Part shown: positions 50,163 to 64,000 of the stretch, in pieces
Layout of the letters: each line of letters starts with the position of its first letter
Numbering within the stretch: position 1 is the stretch's first letter
Assembly: GCA_965285935.1 (NCBI GenBank)
Contig: OZ260667.1
Span: 36,952,001 to 37,016,000, forward strand
Reading direction: 5' to 3'
Length of the DNA stretch: 64,000 nt
DNA from: Ophelia neglecta
Lineage: Eukaryota
Notes under the pieces: generated by a model
What the model was told of the DNA's origin: nothing
The model's input: only the letters and a program-made list of their open reading frames with translations
The model's database searches: none
Position numbers and translations under genes: made by a program

Positions 50163-53100
50163 CATATATTACCATCAGAATAACCAAATTAGTGTAGATT
50201 CCCCTCTAAGAGTTCAATAGTAGGACACAAAAGCTGGGTAGCATTCCATTTGCCCTGCAGAGCACAATCTGTTAGCGAATGCACATGGCTGCTCTAAGCC
50301 TTTTCCTGGGGACACCACAACAATCATTTCATTTCCTGCAAGGCTTGGTGAATACTGACGATTCTCAGCCCAGCACAACAGCTGGGACTGCCTCCATACA
50401 GAGGGTATTCCTCACAGACCATTCATGTTCAATCATGTGAAAAGGCCAGATAAATGACAAAGCCAGCAAAAATCTGAATATTAATGAAGAGCAGCACTGG
50501 TTGGAGCAAGGTCTCTAGCCACTCAGTCAATACATTCCATGTCCCCTCCACCACAGAAGCTCCTCTACAGCAAATTGTTAAATGGAATACTTACCTGCAT
50601 ACTACTGTCACTTTCATGATAAAGGAGGAAGTTTTAGGACATTTTAATGCGACTAAAAGCCAGAAAAATACTAGCTTATTTTGTGCGCCAGCCATAATTT
50701 CTATGGCTACAAAAACCTTCAAATGGGACCAATTTCCCGCCAAACTATAATAAATGTCAGACATGCAGGTAAATTGCGTTACAATTAGTTGCCAGTTGCC
50801 AGAGAATTGCACATGTCAAGTTGCTGGATAGGATTATGTCAGCTTAAAATTCTCTGGCGGCGGAATGATATATTTTATGTACAGGGAGATCTGTACTACA
50901 TAAGAGTTTTTAAGGTCTACAAATTGGTCATTTCTTTAAACAGACTTGTTATGAGAACTTAGTCTAGCACTTCTCTTGACTAACTGATAACTGCCCTATT
51001 CTTCATTTGAAAACTTTCTTGGCATCTCTATTTACATTTATATGTGCTGCTTTTTGTAATTTATAATTCCCAGGTTGCATGCTTTATAACCCTTCCGCTT
51101 GCATTGCATAAGTTTACTTTTTTGTAAGCAAAGATGAGATGGGGTTACACACATAACAAATTATCCATAAAAGTTCTGCCGCCTGCATGTTTCATTTTTG
51201 CCACCGTGAAAGCCTTCAGTAGTAAGTTTGTGAGGTATATTACTGTAGGTCTTCATGTGTGGACAAAATGATAATATAGGTGACAGAAAACTTCATGTCA
51301 ATGCATCAGATGTCTAGACAAATCTAGAGGCACGAGAGTGCCTTCACTTCCTTTCTGGGTATGGCGGACATGATGAAAAGGCAAACCGCCATATATACAT
51401 GTATAAACATGTACGCTTGGCGGTAGAGCCAGTATGGTATAACTTCAGTTAATGTACAGGAGACATAAATCACTTGTACTCCTGTTGTGATATCTGACAG
51501 TTTACAAGGGAGATGTGTCAATTGGCCTCAAGTCTATCATCATAACATCCCCTATATGGCTATATGTCAAGCCATTGCTTATAACTCTCTCTATTTCAAA
51601 GATCAACATGTTTTACAGCCACACGGATAATAGATAAACAAAGTAAGAGCAATATCAAGCACTAAACTGAACTCAACAGTCAGGTCATTAAGTTTTAAAA
51701 CAACACAATACTATTATTATGCATTTCAAACACTTCTAACATGTCCAGAATTGTCACCTTGCATGTTACAGGTGCTTATGCTCTTGTCGGCTTACAAATA
51801 AATCTCTCGTCTTTTTTAGGACCTGTCAATTACTTCAAATGGAGATAAAGTTAGGCATGTCTGGCTACACAGGGCTTTCTATGGTGCACATAAAAACCAA
51901 CCCCTGCTGACGATTGTGGCACATATTAGTACTGAGTCTGTCTTTTGCGTCATGACTGCTATTGGGGAGGCTTGAATGGTGGCGCATTATGTTGAGTATA
52001 CAGAGCAATAGCTCAGTGCAATGGCTTGACGCATGAAAGGGTGGCAGGGATTTGACATGGCTGCCTATAGAATGAGGAAGAACTCTCAGAAGACCTGTTT
52101 GCTAGGCCCATGAGACATGCGGCTGTCAGCAAACCAAAACGTTTGTCTCCCTCATCTTGTTTACTGTTTGCTGTATACAATTAGCAGACAGCATGTCTTC
52201 AGTTGCCATTGGTTACCTTGTCTTCAGCCAATGTCTGCACAAGGCGAGCAAATCTTAGAATCATGACCAGGTCAGCAACTCAATTCCAGCCGTGTTGACA
52301 GATGCCATGAATAGAGGATGAACCTCCTCTCTCTTCAGCTATGTATCACTCGCTGAATTATTGTGATAGCTCTTATTCTGTGGCATTTGTTTTAAATGTG
52401 AAATAATGAGAAAGTTAGATTTGTGTTATCCTTGAGTATGCCACTTTACCAAGCCATTACTATAAATTCCCTTGCCTAGATAGTCCATGGAAATACCTGC
52501 TATTATATTTATTGTTGCCTTTACCACTGTGGAATAATAAATTGCATACCATCAGAAAGAGATGAAATGTGTCATTACATGTATAGTGTTTCCTTATTTT
52601 TCGACTTCTTTTATTATCTGGAATTCCCCAGGCTCTTAATGCCAGTGAGCCTTCTTGGTCTTGCTCAGGGTAAAAGAGATTTGAGTTCAGCATTGATATT
52701 TTCAAAGGTAAGATAAAAGCTGGTCAGGAAATCAATGCTAGCTTCAGAAGCCTTCAGGGATGTGTGGTTGGCAGCTCCACCCACAGGCAGGTGGACGCCT
52801 AATGTAAAATGAATGTACTTTACTAATTCCTACATGGCACCACGCAGGAGCCACAATAACCAGAGACCTCATGTCCCTATGTCTTATTAATGAAAACTTG
52901 GCCACTGTCTCCAAGTCTGATCTCCTCCAGTCCTTGGAGGAGGCTTGGGCTCAAGCTATCTGGAGGCCACCTGACCCTAGGCCCGTATCCGCTGTATGTG
53001 TCGCCCAATGAGGGATTTAAGACCAATTTCTTTAACAAGCCCTGATTTTGCCTGGATCACCATGGTTACCCAGTGTGGTTGTGGCTAATCTGAACAATTA

Positions 53101-56100
53101 TCAATATTTTGGTATCTAATTGGTAGTCTCTGTAGTGCAGTTGTGTGCTGATTTCTAGTCAGCAGCAAGGTTTCCTAGCTTGTAATGATTCACTCAAAGC
53201 TGGCATGTTTTACCACAGCCTTCATATCTCATTTCAGAGATGTTCTGCGACATATCACCAATGACTGCATCAGAAAACGTGCCTAATTTTGATGTGGGTC
53301 TCAATTCAATGCATGATAGAGCACACAAACTTTTAATTGAGGCAATACAGCCAGGAGATGTCTGATGGAGGCCAATAACATGCAGCTCAATTTCATGTGA
53401 AGATGTGTAATGGAGAAAGAACAAGAGACACCCAGGCATAATGAAGAGGAAAAAGAGTAAATGGGTGTGAAAGTAAAATTTTCATATTGAGATAATAATT
53501 CTCGGTGCCATAATCATTTCTGTACTTTCTGATGGCTGTGGCTCACCCAGAGCACATAGATTCTGGTGATTTTTTTACTTTAAGCTATGTCACTGATTTG
53601 ACATGTTTCTGAGTCACTACCGTCCATTAGTCATTAAAGCGGCCATAAAGGTTGTCCTGGACACCCTTGGTAGCCAGACCAAAAGACATCTACCCTGCAC
53701 AACTGGGGCATTAGAAAGTAGGGTATGTGAAAATACGCTGGCAGATTATGACTTAGTCCACCATAGATGAAACAATGCAAGCTTGACATCCATTAGCTGA
53801 AGAAAGATGGCTGTGAAGACTGACAGTGTCAGGCAGACTAATGGCCACTTGTACATGGAGGTATGCTAAGACACATTGCCTACATTCCCTGGGAACACTT
53901 CCAGCTCCCTGCAGACACAGCATGATTAATGCCCCAATCCCCTTACAAAATATGTATTTCTAGTAAGGCCCCTTCAATCTTTTTTTCCCAAAAAAATGCC
54001 TTAATTGCAGTTAGAGGCACATACATATATATGTCAGCACACAAAACCGGCTAACATATTTAGTGCGGTAAGCCAGACAAGGAATAAAGAGTATTCCCTT
54101 GTATCTGTGGACCGACTTCCTACTTTTCATCTAAAGTCTACCTTCCGCAACGGCCAACTTTTCTACTCATATTAATGCTTTCTTATCCTGTCAGTTCTCC
54201 TGTTGTTTACAACTGGAAGAATTTCCTGCCCAAAATACCACAGGCCCTTTGATATATATTTAGACTTGGGCATCAGCAACTTAAGCAAAGCAGCATATGT
54301 TAGGCAACAGACCAAGTGGACTCCTTGTACATGCATGTAGAGTGTTTATGAATCTTCAAACATTTATCAGAGATCATACCCACAATGCACTTACAATGTG
54401 CTCTGTTTATGATTATATTTTTCAGCTAAGACCTTGATGTCTAATCAATGTTGGGATTTCTGAGCACTACCAGCTTGTTTTTTAATGCGTTCAGGATATA
54501 TATTTTCACCGCTAATAGTGCCTGCTCTTAGCAGTTGGCTAGTGAGCAAATAAACAGGTCCTGTCTGTGTAGTTGGAAAAGCACACCAAAACTAAGTTTG
54601 CATACTGGGAATACCTAGATTATACCTAGCATTCCTGCAAACCATGGCCACTAGGCTCTGATGGTAGATGGCTTGTTCTCCCTCAGTTGCAGCAAGCTGG
54701 AATTCTTTCACTAGGCTGATTTCAGACTCAAAATTAAGGTCCAGTTGTGCCACAGTGTGACCCACTGTCCCCCATTTGACCACAGGAAAGTTGATTAGTG
54801 TAGGTCAAATACCAACCAACACAGCAGGCAGCAATATCAAAGATAATCATTCCTTTTTTCAAAGTGCCCATTTGCATTTACATAGCAAAACACTGCCCCA
54901 GAAAAGCTTTCACCCACAGAAGAACCTAACTCAGATTTCCATGACGCATTCGCCACTCTGTGGCTGATGCCAACAAAGCATTATGGGTATTGATCTGCTG
55001 CTTCCTCTGCTCAGATTTTATGCACTGCTGATGGTTCAAGGATGCAGTGCTACAGTCTTTGATTATGTGCTTGTCATTTCTCAATCACAAAAATATTGTG
55101 AAATAACCACAACATTAGAATTTCACAAACCCCTATTTATATGTTGAGGGCCTGATGTGGACCTGGGCAAGGACATGGCTTCATGCGGCAATGCACAGTT
55201 TGGTTACCTCTAGCTCAAACTATCCCAGCATCAAGGAAATCTTTATCAATCAGACCCGTCTTCTCTGCTAATAGCCATTCACCAACATGGCTCCTTGGGG
55301 CTGAGATATTCCCATACCCTGCGCTGAGATTGTCTTCAACCATCTTACATCCAAATTTATCAGGACGACACAGTGACAGGACCTGAATCAACTCAATTTT
55401 GCAAAATTACAAGCCCTGATGAGAGCAAATCCTTCCTCAAATTTATCTCCATTTAGGAGCCAAAACATCTAGTCATTGATTATGCAGTTGACATAATTGT
55501 GCTAAATATGAAGGAAATGAATGTCAGGGCAAAGCAGACATATTCTGTTTGCTGGGAAAAGAGAAAGAGAAGTGGTAGAATCCAGAGGAAATTGATCCCA
55601 GCTAGCTCTCTTTGGCAAACTGCTGGCCTTGCCCAAATATTGGGGTCATCAACGCTTTCTACAATCACATGTGAATGGAGCAGGATAATCAGCCTTTGGC
55701 AGAGTTTACATGCTATTGCCACATTCATTTTCTTGTCCACACAGTGCTGAGATTTTCTACTGCCACTGGTTTGCCAGAGGCAGTCCATCATCTGATGGCG
55801 GAAGGCTGGCCGCTGGGGCTAAAAGAGCTGCCGGGCTCCGATACCATCTATACAATGTTCTCTCGTCATGCAACAAAAAACCACCCCATCACCCTTTCTT
55901 GCCATCATTTTGCATGAACTAAGACACAGAAGAAGCACTATAACAATTGTCTGCCTCTGATTTGAGCCATTAATATGTCAATTATCAACAAAATCTACAG
56001 AGAAGCTAATTCACGAACAAAAGTGGCAGGTCACATCATGTTATAATAGGCTGCCGGCTCACTACCCTCTTCATTTCATCCTCTCTTCAATACTCTTTGG

Positions 56101-59100
56101 ACTACATCAAATCGTCTTTTGGAGGTGGCTGGCCTAGTTGTATCATACTACTCTCTTGTCAGGGAGTTAATTTTTCATCATGGAAAGTGGTACTGAAGCA
56201 CTTAAATTTTACAGGAGACACAGTCTTCTAATTTCTATGAACCTGCAGGGTCAAGATAGATGAGTCCACACATTTAAATGGGATTCAATCATTGCATTCG
56301 TAGGGTTAATAATGGGCCTGCCATATCGTTGGCTGTAATGCCACAAGATGAATATCTCTAATCGGTTATGATGCCAGGACCTTGGCAAGAAGATGGCCAG
56401 AATTTGTGTGACTTTCACATGACTATCTTCAATTGTGAGGGGCAAATCCTTGATGTTTATGTTTTTGACTTGCTGACATCGCATGTCCCTGGGCTGTCAT
56501 AAACAGAAGCCTTCTTCACCTTTTCTATCTTAGCCAGGAACAAAAGGCCACTGCACAACATCCTCTTCTTGGCCACTACATCTCCAATCTGTGGTGATTC
56601 ACGATGCCTTTTCACACAATGCTGACTTGGGGGTGCTTTGGACATCTGGGGCATTGAAAGCCTCACCACAGCTGTCCTCTTCTTTAAGACAAAAGCAAAA
56701 CAAGCCTAATAGAGGTAATGAACATTGCTCTGATAAAGGCATTGTAGCCGGGATACCAAGTATAATGACCAGGGGCCAGTCTATATCTAAAGGCTGGCTA
56801 CAAAAGGGCAGACTCAGGGGGGTGGGGAGAAGTGGACAAAGAAAAAATAACAGCAGACACAATAGGGACCATCAGGGCAAATTGTTGTATTTGCTACATT
56901 AGTTGATGGAAAGAAATAATAATAATCTTCCCTCCTTGGTGCTATTGCAAGGTACCAGTCAAATCACTGGCTGATGGGGCTTGGGGGGGGGGTGGATTTC
57001 TCTTGATATGCTATAAAATACCAAGCCATAGGGTGATGATTGGGAACCAATATCACATTTAAGCGGCTTCCAATTGCAGCAATACCCATCAGACCTCATC
57101 TCAGCCTGCTTTATCAAGGTTTGCTCCATTTTAGCAATATGTACAGTAAATCGATGCTATACCATTTTAGATGCAGTCCTCTAGCCAACTTTAGGCCAGC
57201 CATCAAAGCTGGACTCTTCAGGCTTCATTTATATAGGTTATCTAATGATACCAGCAAGCAGTCAGTAGAGGCTTTACAAACCAGTGTGTAGCCACTCTTT
57301 CTAGTCAGTATCACAATGCAGGCATTGTGTACGTATTGTGCCTGCATTGTGTCAGTCTTTTTGAACAGATGTGGAAGGTATCATGCTGGTTACCTAGTGT
57401 GGTGCAGTGGATCGTAAATCACACACACAGGTGGGAAGCTACACCCCTCCATCTTCACTCCGCCTTTGATAGAGGGGACAGCTAACCCAGACACTCTCTA
57501 AAGGCGAGGCAGTACTCATTGGCCACCTTTGTGACTACAGATGGGTGGCTAGTCCAGCCTAATGCAGACAAAGTAGCACCGCTCGCACCATTAGCCACAA
57601 AAGCTGGGTGTCTTACTTGGGTGCATAATCAGTTAAGATTGCCTAAGAGAACTTCCTCCCAGAATGGTTTATACTCTGTTCAAAGGACATAAAAACATTG
57701 ACCTATTTTCGGTATCTGAAAACGCCCTCTATTCATTCACACGTTAGACATGTCTCTTAGGCCACCAATTCATTGAGATATTTGTCTTACTGTCATGCAT
57801 ATTTATTTCCATTCTCAACTGGATATTGCTTAGTATTTGGGTTCCTTTTTTTTACAGTTTTCCTTAATAATTGGTGTACATGTCACTGTGTGTGTCCACT
57901 AAAACAAATCAAATGACAAACCAGACAGCACCAAGCCAAGTGATTACAATCATGTTTTATTTTAACTACAAGTAGATCTGGTACAGATGGCTAGTAGCAA
58001 ACTTCTCTTTCAATTATTTCTTGCCCCCTGGCAATGACTCACCTGAGTGCTGCCACCCCTTGACTAAGCAAAGCATTATTTAATTCCGGTTTGATTATTT
58101 TTCAAAATTTTCTAACAGTGCATATCAAAACAATTTATTGCCTTATGCTAAAACTTGTATGTATATCTTATTAAACTCCACAAACTCAGCACAAATAGAA
58201 GTTTATCGAATGACAGCAGGGCTCGAAATAAATGCCAACAAACGAGGGAAATGCTAGTAGATTTGACACATTGCTAGTGAAAAACATAGTAACTAACTGG
58301 CATTTGCTAGTAGGAATATCCTGTGTAAATTATTTGAGGTTGCTTATTTTTGTGCTGAATTATTTTGCTGTAGCATGCATACAACCTTCGCCTGAATTAA
58401 TCATTAAGTGGCAAGATTATTATAACTTACACCCAATCTTAGTGGTGACATGTGTGAGCAGTTTATTTGCTAGTCCTAGAAATTAATTTGTAAGTGCAAA
58501 ACGTCATAACTAAAACGGTTAACTTGTCGGCCTGCGACAGTCTAGCCACATTCACATAAAGAGTTTGCTAATTTACACAATTAGTGTAACATGTTGAGTC
58601 TTTTAGGTTACACTAAACAATCTTATCAGGCATACATTGACAACTCCACGTTTCTGTCTATGTAATATGCTGCCGAGGGCGTAGGGTCAAACCTATTTTG
58701 TACTTACACTGAGATAAGGCAAGTTTATGCACCAAGATATTCATTGGCAAAGAGTAGAGTTAGCACCACAATTCTGGCTACAAAGCCATTTAAGCAACAC
58801 TTAGTCTTAGGAGTAAACTTGCTTGACTATGAAGTAAAGTACTGCTTTTTTAACATGGAGACATGAAAAGTTTATGTGTTTCACCATTTTCAAGGTCCGA
58901 GTCCTCAGCACACATGAAAACACTAGTGTGACATCTGTCCTCTACTTTATAGGCAAAATATTTTCAGGAATGGCTATGGTATTTAGCAGCAAAACATACC
59001 ATCAGTCAGTTAGACATAGTATGTCCATTTGCAAGGCACTGGCTGTGGGTGAAACCTGCCGACATGCATGGAAATTGATGATGCTTGGTGTTCATCAAAC

Positions 59101-59693
59101 TCATTTTGTGCCTATACTTTCTGCCATGGGTGGAGTTCCATGAATTTTTAGAGGCTTACAGTGAGCTGGATGTAAAAGTTTACAAGGCGGCATGGTTGTT
59201 AAACAAACCATATATCAACCTTATACTCTGCCAGACACAATCCAGATGCTACATTTGTTAGTTACTTAGAAGATAGAGGCCATTGTTAGCTAATTCTGGA
59301 TTTAGCATCAAATACTAGTCATGTTTGCAGATTTATTAACATGTTCACTTATATATCTTCAGATTTGTCATTATGTGTAAGCCACATGTAGCCACTATGG
59401 ACAGAAGCCTGCTAGTATTTATAAATATATTGCCATTTAATGTTTTTTTCAGTAAATAATATCTGTTTAATGGTTCCAATAGAAAGGGTTTTGTTCTAGG
59501 TATTTAGTAATATCTTTTAGAAGTTTGATATGCAGCAGTGCATAAAAATGGTCATTCCTTCCTAGGACAAAATTAATTTTTTTGATATGATGGTATTATA
59601 GGCCAGAGTAGTGGATTGGTTTTTTTTTCATTTCTTTACGATGGTGCGAGGTTTGTTCCAAGAAAGAGAGTTGAGAGAAATTTAAGTACCCAC

Positions 59694-59742
59694 CTCTGTG
59701 ACGCTGTGTTGCCTTGTCGAACATCAGCATGGCGTCTTCAAT
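59694..59742 (-). CDS. msi: Musashi RRM2 exon (49 nt): IEDAMLMFDKATQRHR(G)
   Basis: Acceptor tttttctttttgatttgctttcag, donor GAG|gtgggt, phase 0 to 1. The peptide matches the Musashi RRM2 motif (V/I)EDAMLMFDKxTxRHRG. Confidence 0.95.
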
Positions 59743-62700
59743 CTGAAAGCAAATCAAAAAGAAAAATGATTACCAGGAATTTGAGTAAAATATTTTCCCA
59801 ACTGTAAAAATATAAACAGGAATGCAGTCATGTACAAATAAAAGATTATAATTTTTCACGATGCAGTTTTTGGGTGATTTATAAATGTTGGCAGCCAGGC
59901 TTCCTAGACAGAAGCTGCATACATCATTTATTAAGCAGGATGATTACATGATGAGTGACAGGCTATTAGATAGAATGATATACATAATATCAGCTTGGCA
60001 GGGAATAAGCTTTAAATACAGGCAAACTATTTCCTATACAAAGAGTAGCTGGGGAGGCAGGAGAGCTGATTTAATCTCTGCTTTGGTTACAACCATCAAT
60101 GAATCATGTCTTTTTATACAGCCATGTACAAGGACCATGCATACAGTGGATATGATTACTTGGGCAATGTGAATAATACATGGAAGTGATCAGCATCATT
60201 AACTGTATCCAGGTAAATTTGAATCAATTAAGGCACATTCCAGGTCACTGGCAGGCAAGATATATAATATAGCAAAAGAAATCAATTATGAACATTTGGT
60301 GAACACTAATTGTTACACAAAAGTGGAGTTTCTGTGGCAGTAATATACTGGCTTGAGGCATTGGCCTTTCTCTGACTCAATTTCATTACCAGTGGGAATT
60401 CATGCCAGACTCCTCTGAAAAGTCTCCCTTTTATAGGCCTCTTGGGAGGAACAAGTCAGCAAAAAATGTGCCTTGGCTCTCATATATCACACAGACCCCA
60501 AGAAACAGGCACAATAACAGCTTGCTATCATCTAGCAGAGGAAAGTCAGAAATATTGAAAAAGGAAACCATGGGATCAATAGCTGAAAACATTATTCTTT
60601 GGTAAGAAGTAGCTGTCCCTTTATCATGGCTTACAGTAATACTCCCACAATCATATCTCCATTGCCAGATGACCCCGGCCATGGTGGCCATTTGATAAAG
60701 CTGATGAAACTGGGCTGGCATAGACACACAATTATCAGCCCCCAACAATATTTGATTTATAAGATATAACACACTAGTAGTATCATATGTACTAAAATAA
60801 GCTGTGCAAGTCAAATAACCAGCGAGTACTTACACAACCTCAACTTCCAGTATGGTGAATGCAAATCTATATTATACAACATATCACAGCATTTGTCCAG
60901 CTAAAAATAAATGGGCTAAGAAACAAACTTATGTATATCTGGGGTGGCGGTCAAACCAGAGTAGAAGTAGATTAATGGGGAGAGTTTTGATTTTCCGGGA
61001 GCCCTGCATCAGAGTGATTGATGAACAAGAAAACCCGAAACAATTTAGCACATTTACAGGGATGCTGCCTCAGATGGAGCTGACCTTGGTGGCTAACATG
61101 GGTGATTTATTGCTAGCCTGTACACTGATGTGGGCAGTGATGAGCAGCACCTCTCTCCTCTAGGGCCCCTCTAGGGCCCTTCTAGGGCCATGAGATCAAA
61201 TGTCCATGGCCCACTCTCACACCTGGCTGCTGACCAGCCTAGACCACTTATCTCAGACAATAAAAGAGTGACCTGATGAATGGCATCAATGATTTTTGCT
61301 GGTCTAATTAGACAAAAGGGCCTACAAGGTCACTTTCTTGCCTACATGCCGCCATGACCTTCTAGGAGAACACAACAATTCCATTTCATTCTTCTGAGGG
61401 CAAGAAAGATCTACATCACCAATGTGAGGCAACCTTGGAATAATAGGACAGGGCTCCATCCAATCCAAAATTCAACTGGCGAAATAAAGTGGTATTTCTA
61501 CTTGTGACCTGGTGCAGTTGGTCAGTAATTTTAGCTAAAATCATTACCATCCCTCTCCAGAGTGGTAGAAAATACATTTGCCTGGCTGACTAAATATAAA
61601 GCGGAGAGGTTAAGCCTTACAAGAAGTGAGGGCTGTGAAGGACAGGGCCGGGAATGGCAGAGTATTGAATCACCAGTGTCACCAAGCAGGGTGCTCCACA
61701 CTAGCAGATTGAAGTCTAATGGTAGAGTGATATGGATAGGGTCATTGATATGGAGTGTGCTGTGCAGAGAGGCCCACCTCCCCAAGGCAACCACATTTGT
61801 CCATTTGGCTCTCCCCAATCTGTCAAGCATCTCTCAATTTAAACAGCCTTCTCAAATCACTCTAATCAAAGTGCCTGTTGTGTTATTTTACAATAGATCA
61901 CATACATGTATATATACATTTCACAACACATCAGTCACCATTGAAGCTTCAGCATTTAAATATTGCTTTATCAAGCATTTCAACCCAAGACCGGGTTCTC
62001 TAACCAAGCTAATCAGTCTCTCAGTGGATCTGGACAAACAGCTTATTATAAGGCCAGTACCATCGCTGTCAGATGGTTATATTAGATATTGTTTCTGCAT
62101 CAAATGCTCTTGGAACCACTAGAGAAAACAAGACATCTTTTTATCTATTGGAAGACGGTTGGAGCATGCCTTAGAGTCTAACAAGTAATTGTACTTCCTT
62201 TTTATGAGCTAAACACTTTCATAAACATTTGAAGCAGGAAGCAGGCATACCAGCCCTTTGCACATATTTTGATATTACACTAAACCACCCTTGGCTTCTA
62301 CTTTGCTTCAAGTTGCATATCATCAACCTACACATCCTGATATATTACTTGGCAGACCTCTATTGAATTTTGGCAGATGAATATGGCTTCATAAACCAGC
62401 AATTATTAGGTTTTGTTGCTACATGCAATATATTTACCCATGTGGGAAACATATTACAGAGTGGTGTGTAATCTATAAGCCAGATTTGCTAGGCACTAAT
62501 CAAAAAAAGTCCTCAAAGAATAAGCTTCAGAAATTAAAAAAAACCTTCCTAGTATAAAATAGTTGAATTTATTTCATTTTTTTAGTTACCACTTAAATAA
62601 TTAACTAGAAATACTTTCTAGGCTGCAAATATTGCTCCAGACCAATAAATTGGACAAATGAAATGTGATGCAAAGCAAAAGGACGAAAAGACCATGGTTA

Positions 62701-64000
62701 AGGCCTAAAGACTAGCCTTGATGCCTACAGCTTGCCCCTTGTTCCCAGTCAAGCTGCTGAGCCAGCTAAACATTTATTCACTGTACCAACCATTGCCTCT
62801 AGTGTCCCACTAAGAGCCAACTTTGGTGTGAAGACATTCTCAGGTGTCCTCCAGGACAAAACATTATTAGCCATAGCATTGTTTTTGCCTGCCTCAGCTC
62901 ATTGAATTCCGCCTCCACTCAAAATAAAGCATCCCTTTGCAGCTGTGATGCTAATATCTATGTCTGTACTTGAAGGGGGCAGGCTGGCCACAGTAAGTCC
63001 ATAGATTTTAATCCCAGTTGCAAGAAATGGCAAAAGAGCAAAGCAGAGTGATGGGCATACACAGTAGGACAAGCTGTGCTGTCTGTGAGGCTGAGAGAGG
63101 GCTGGGAGCTAGGCTGACAGAGAGGCTGAGACTGGCGTCAGTGTGGCAGGCTCCATGCAGCCCAGGCCCCATCAGCCATTAACCCATAACACCAAACCTA
63201 GTCTTATTTATACATGAGATACTGTGGCAACATCTCACCTATATTAGGCAGGGAGCTGTTGGCTTCCTGATCGGTGTCCGGGCCTGATAACAGACTTGTA
63301 GCACAACAGGCACATCACCACCAAGGACTCCTTGGAGCCCAAAACCCTGTTTTGTGTCAAACAACAGCCTGGGCTTTAAGTGTAAACACAGAATGAAGGG
63401 GAAGGGGGGGGGGGGGTAGAAAATACTCAATGCCATATAATTGTATATCTGAGTGTGATTGTGAACTTCAGAGAACCTCAGTATTTTAGTGTCTATTTTT
63501 TGATGCTCAAGTCAATGATGAGGGTAGTATTGTGCATCTAGGAGGCAGCAATGGTAATCACCAATGTAGCCCGCAGTTACCGATAAATCAAATACTACTG
63601 TAAGACCGTCATCAATTCACAAATTTTGTATCTTGAACAGGAGCATGGCATAGACACATCAGAATATATCTTGGCAAACTCCCACCGGGATTTTAAAATG
63701 GGTATGGTTCGGCAAGGTCAAAAATCCACAACAGATCAAGGAAATCAAATCCTTTTATCAGAAATCATTTCAATATATCATGAACCTGGAATGACTCCTG
63801 GAATGGCAGTTCACATAGCTCATCTTAACCTTCCTTTTTCTAGTTTGCCATTACATAGCAGTCTGCGAGATTGCATTGGCTGCTGCGAGTGACAAAGAGA
63901 AGCCAAAATATGGTGTTAGACGGACAGGTCTAGGCCAAGCTTGTGGCAATTCTCAGAGGCCAGGGGCTCCTGGCACTGTGGAATCTCACACTCAGCTGAC
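59743..64000 (-). other. msi: 3' part of the upstream musashi intron; the preceding exon (expected KKIFVGGL..., RNP2) lies outside the window
   Basis: Ends in the acceptor of the 59694-59742 exon. No KKIFVGGL-coding sequence was seen. Confidence 0.8.
61158..61189. repeat. 11-bp tandem repeat (C/T)TCTAGGGCCC x3
   Basis: Directly visible. Confidence 0.8.

Larger units (their letters stand above)
27124..59693 (-). other. msi: 32,570-nt phase-1 intron splitting RRM2 in the Gly codon at the start of RNP1
   Basis: Bounded by GT..AG of two exons that join in frame as ...QRHR-G-FAFVTF... Confidence 0.92.

Overview
Eukaryotic (animal) genomic DNA, about 40% GC. No prokaryotic features, rRNA, tRNA, CRISPR or recognisable transposon ORFs were seen. 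The window is dominated by the 3' part of a musashi-family (Msi/Rbp6-type, RRM) RNA-binding protein gene on the minus strand; RRM1 and the start codon lie beyond position 64000. Exons spliced by hand through GT-AG boundaries with consistent phases are 59694-59742, 27041-27123, 26532-26616, 21776-21850, 19616-19720, 17242-17505, 16624-16668, 14955-15124 (or -15151) and 13537-13578 (stop). They encode ...[56 protein letters not shown]..., a G/P/A/Y-rich tail, ANSPG...AASPQP, and GTLIPTAFQNGFH*. A 32.6-kb intron splits RRM2. A probable 3'-UTR intron (11708-13515) precedes a ~4.7-kb terminal exon ending near AATAAA at 7040-7045. The residues and the sharp CpG-rich/CpG-poor boundary near 6 kb suggest an invertebrate bilaterian with gene-body methylation, possibly a lophotrochozoan (inference). 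Almost all ORFs in the supplied track are spurious. The best leads are: a fully modular set of phase-1 cassette exons in the low-complexity tail, including a candidate 3-nt microexon; a dense cluster of Musashi-binding elements and a ~150-nt structure in the gene's own 3' UTR; perfect RFX X-boxes in the large intron; candidate poison/micro exons inside RRM2; and a Meis/Pbx-Hox motif cluster in the CpG-rich flank. These are regulatory hypotheses. I found no wholly new gene system.
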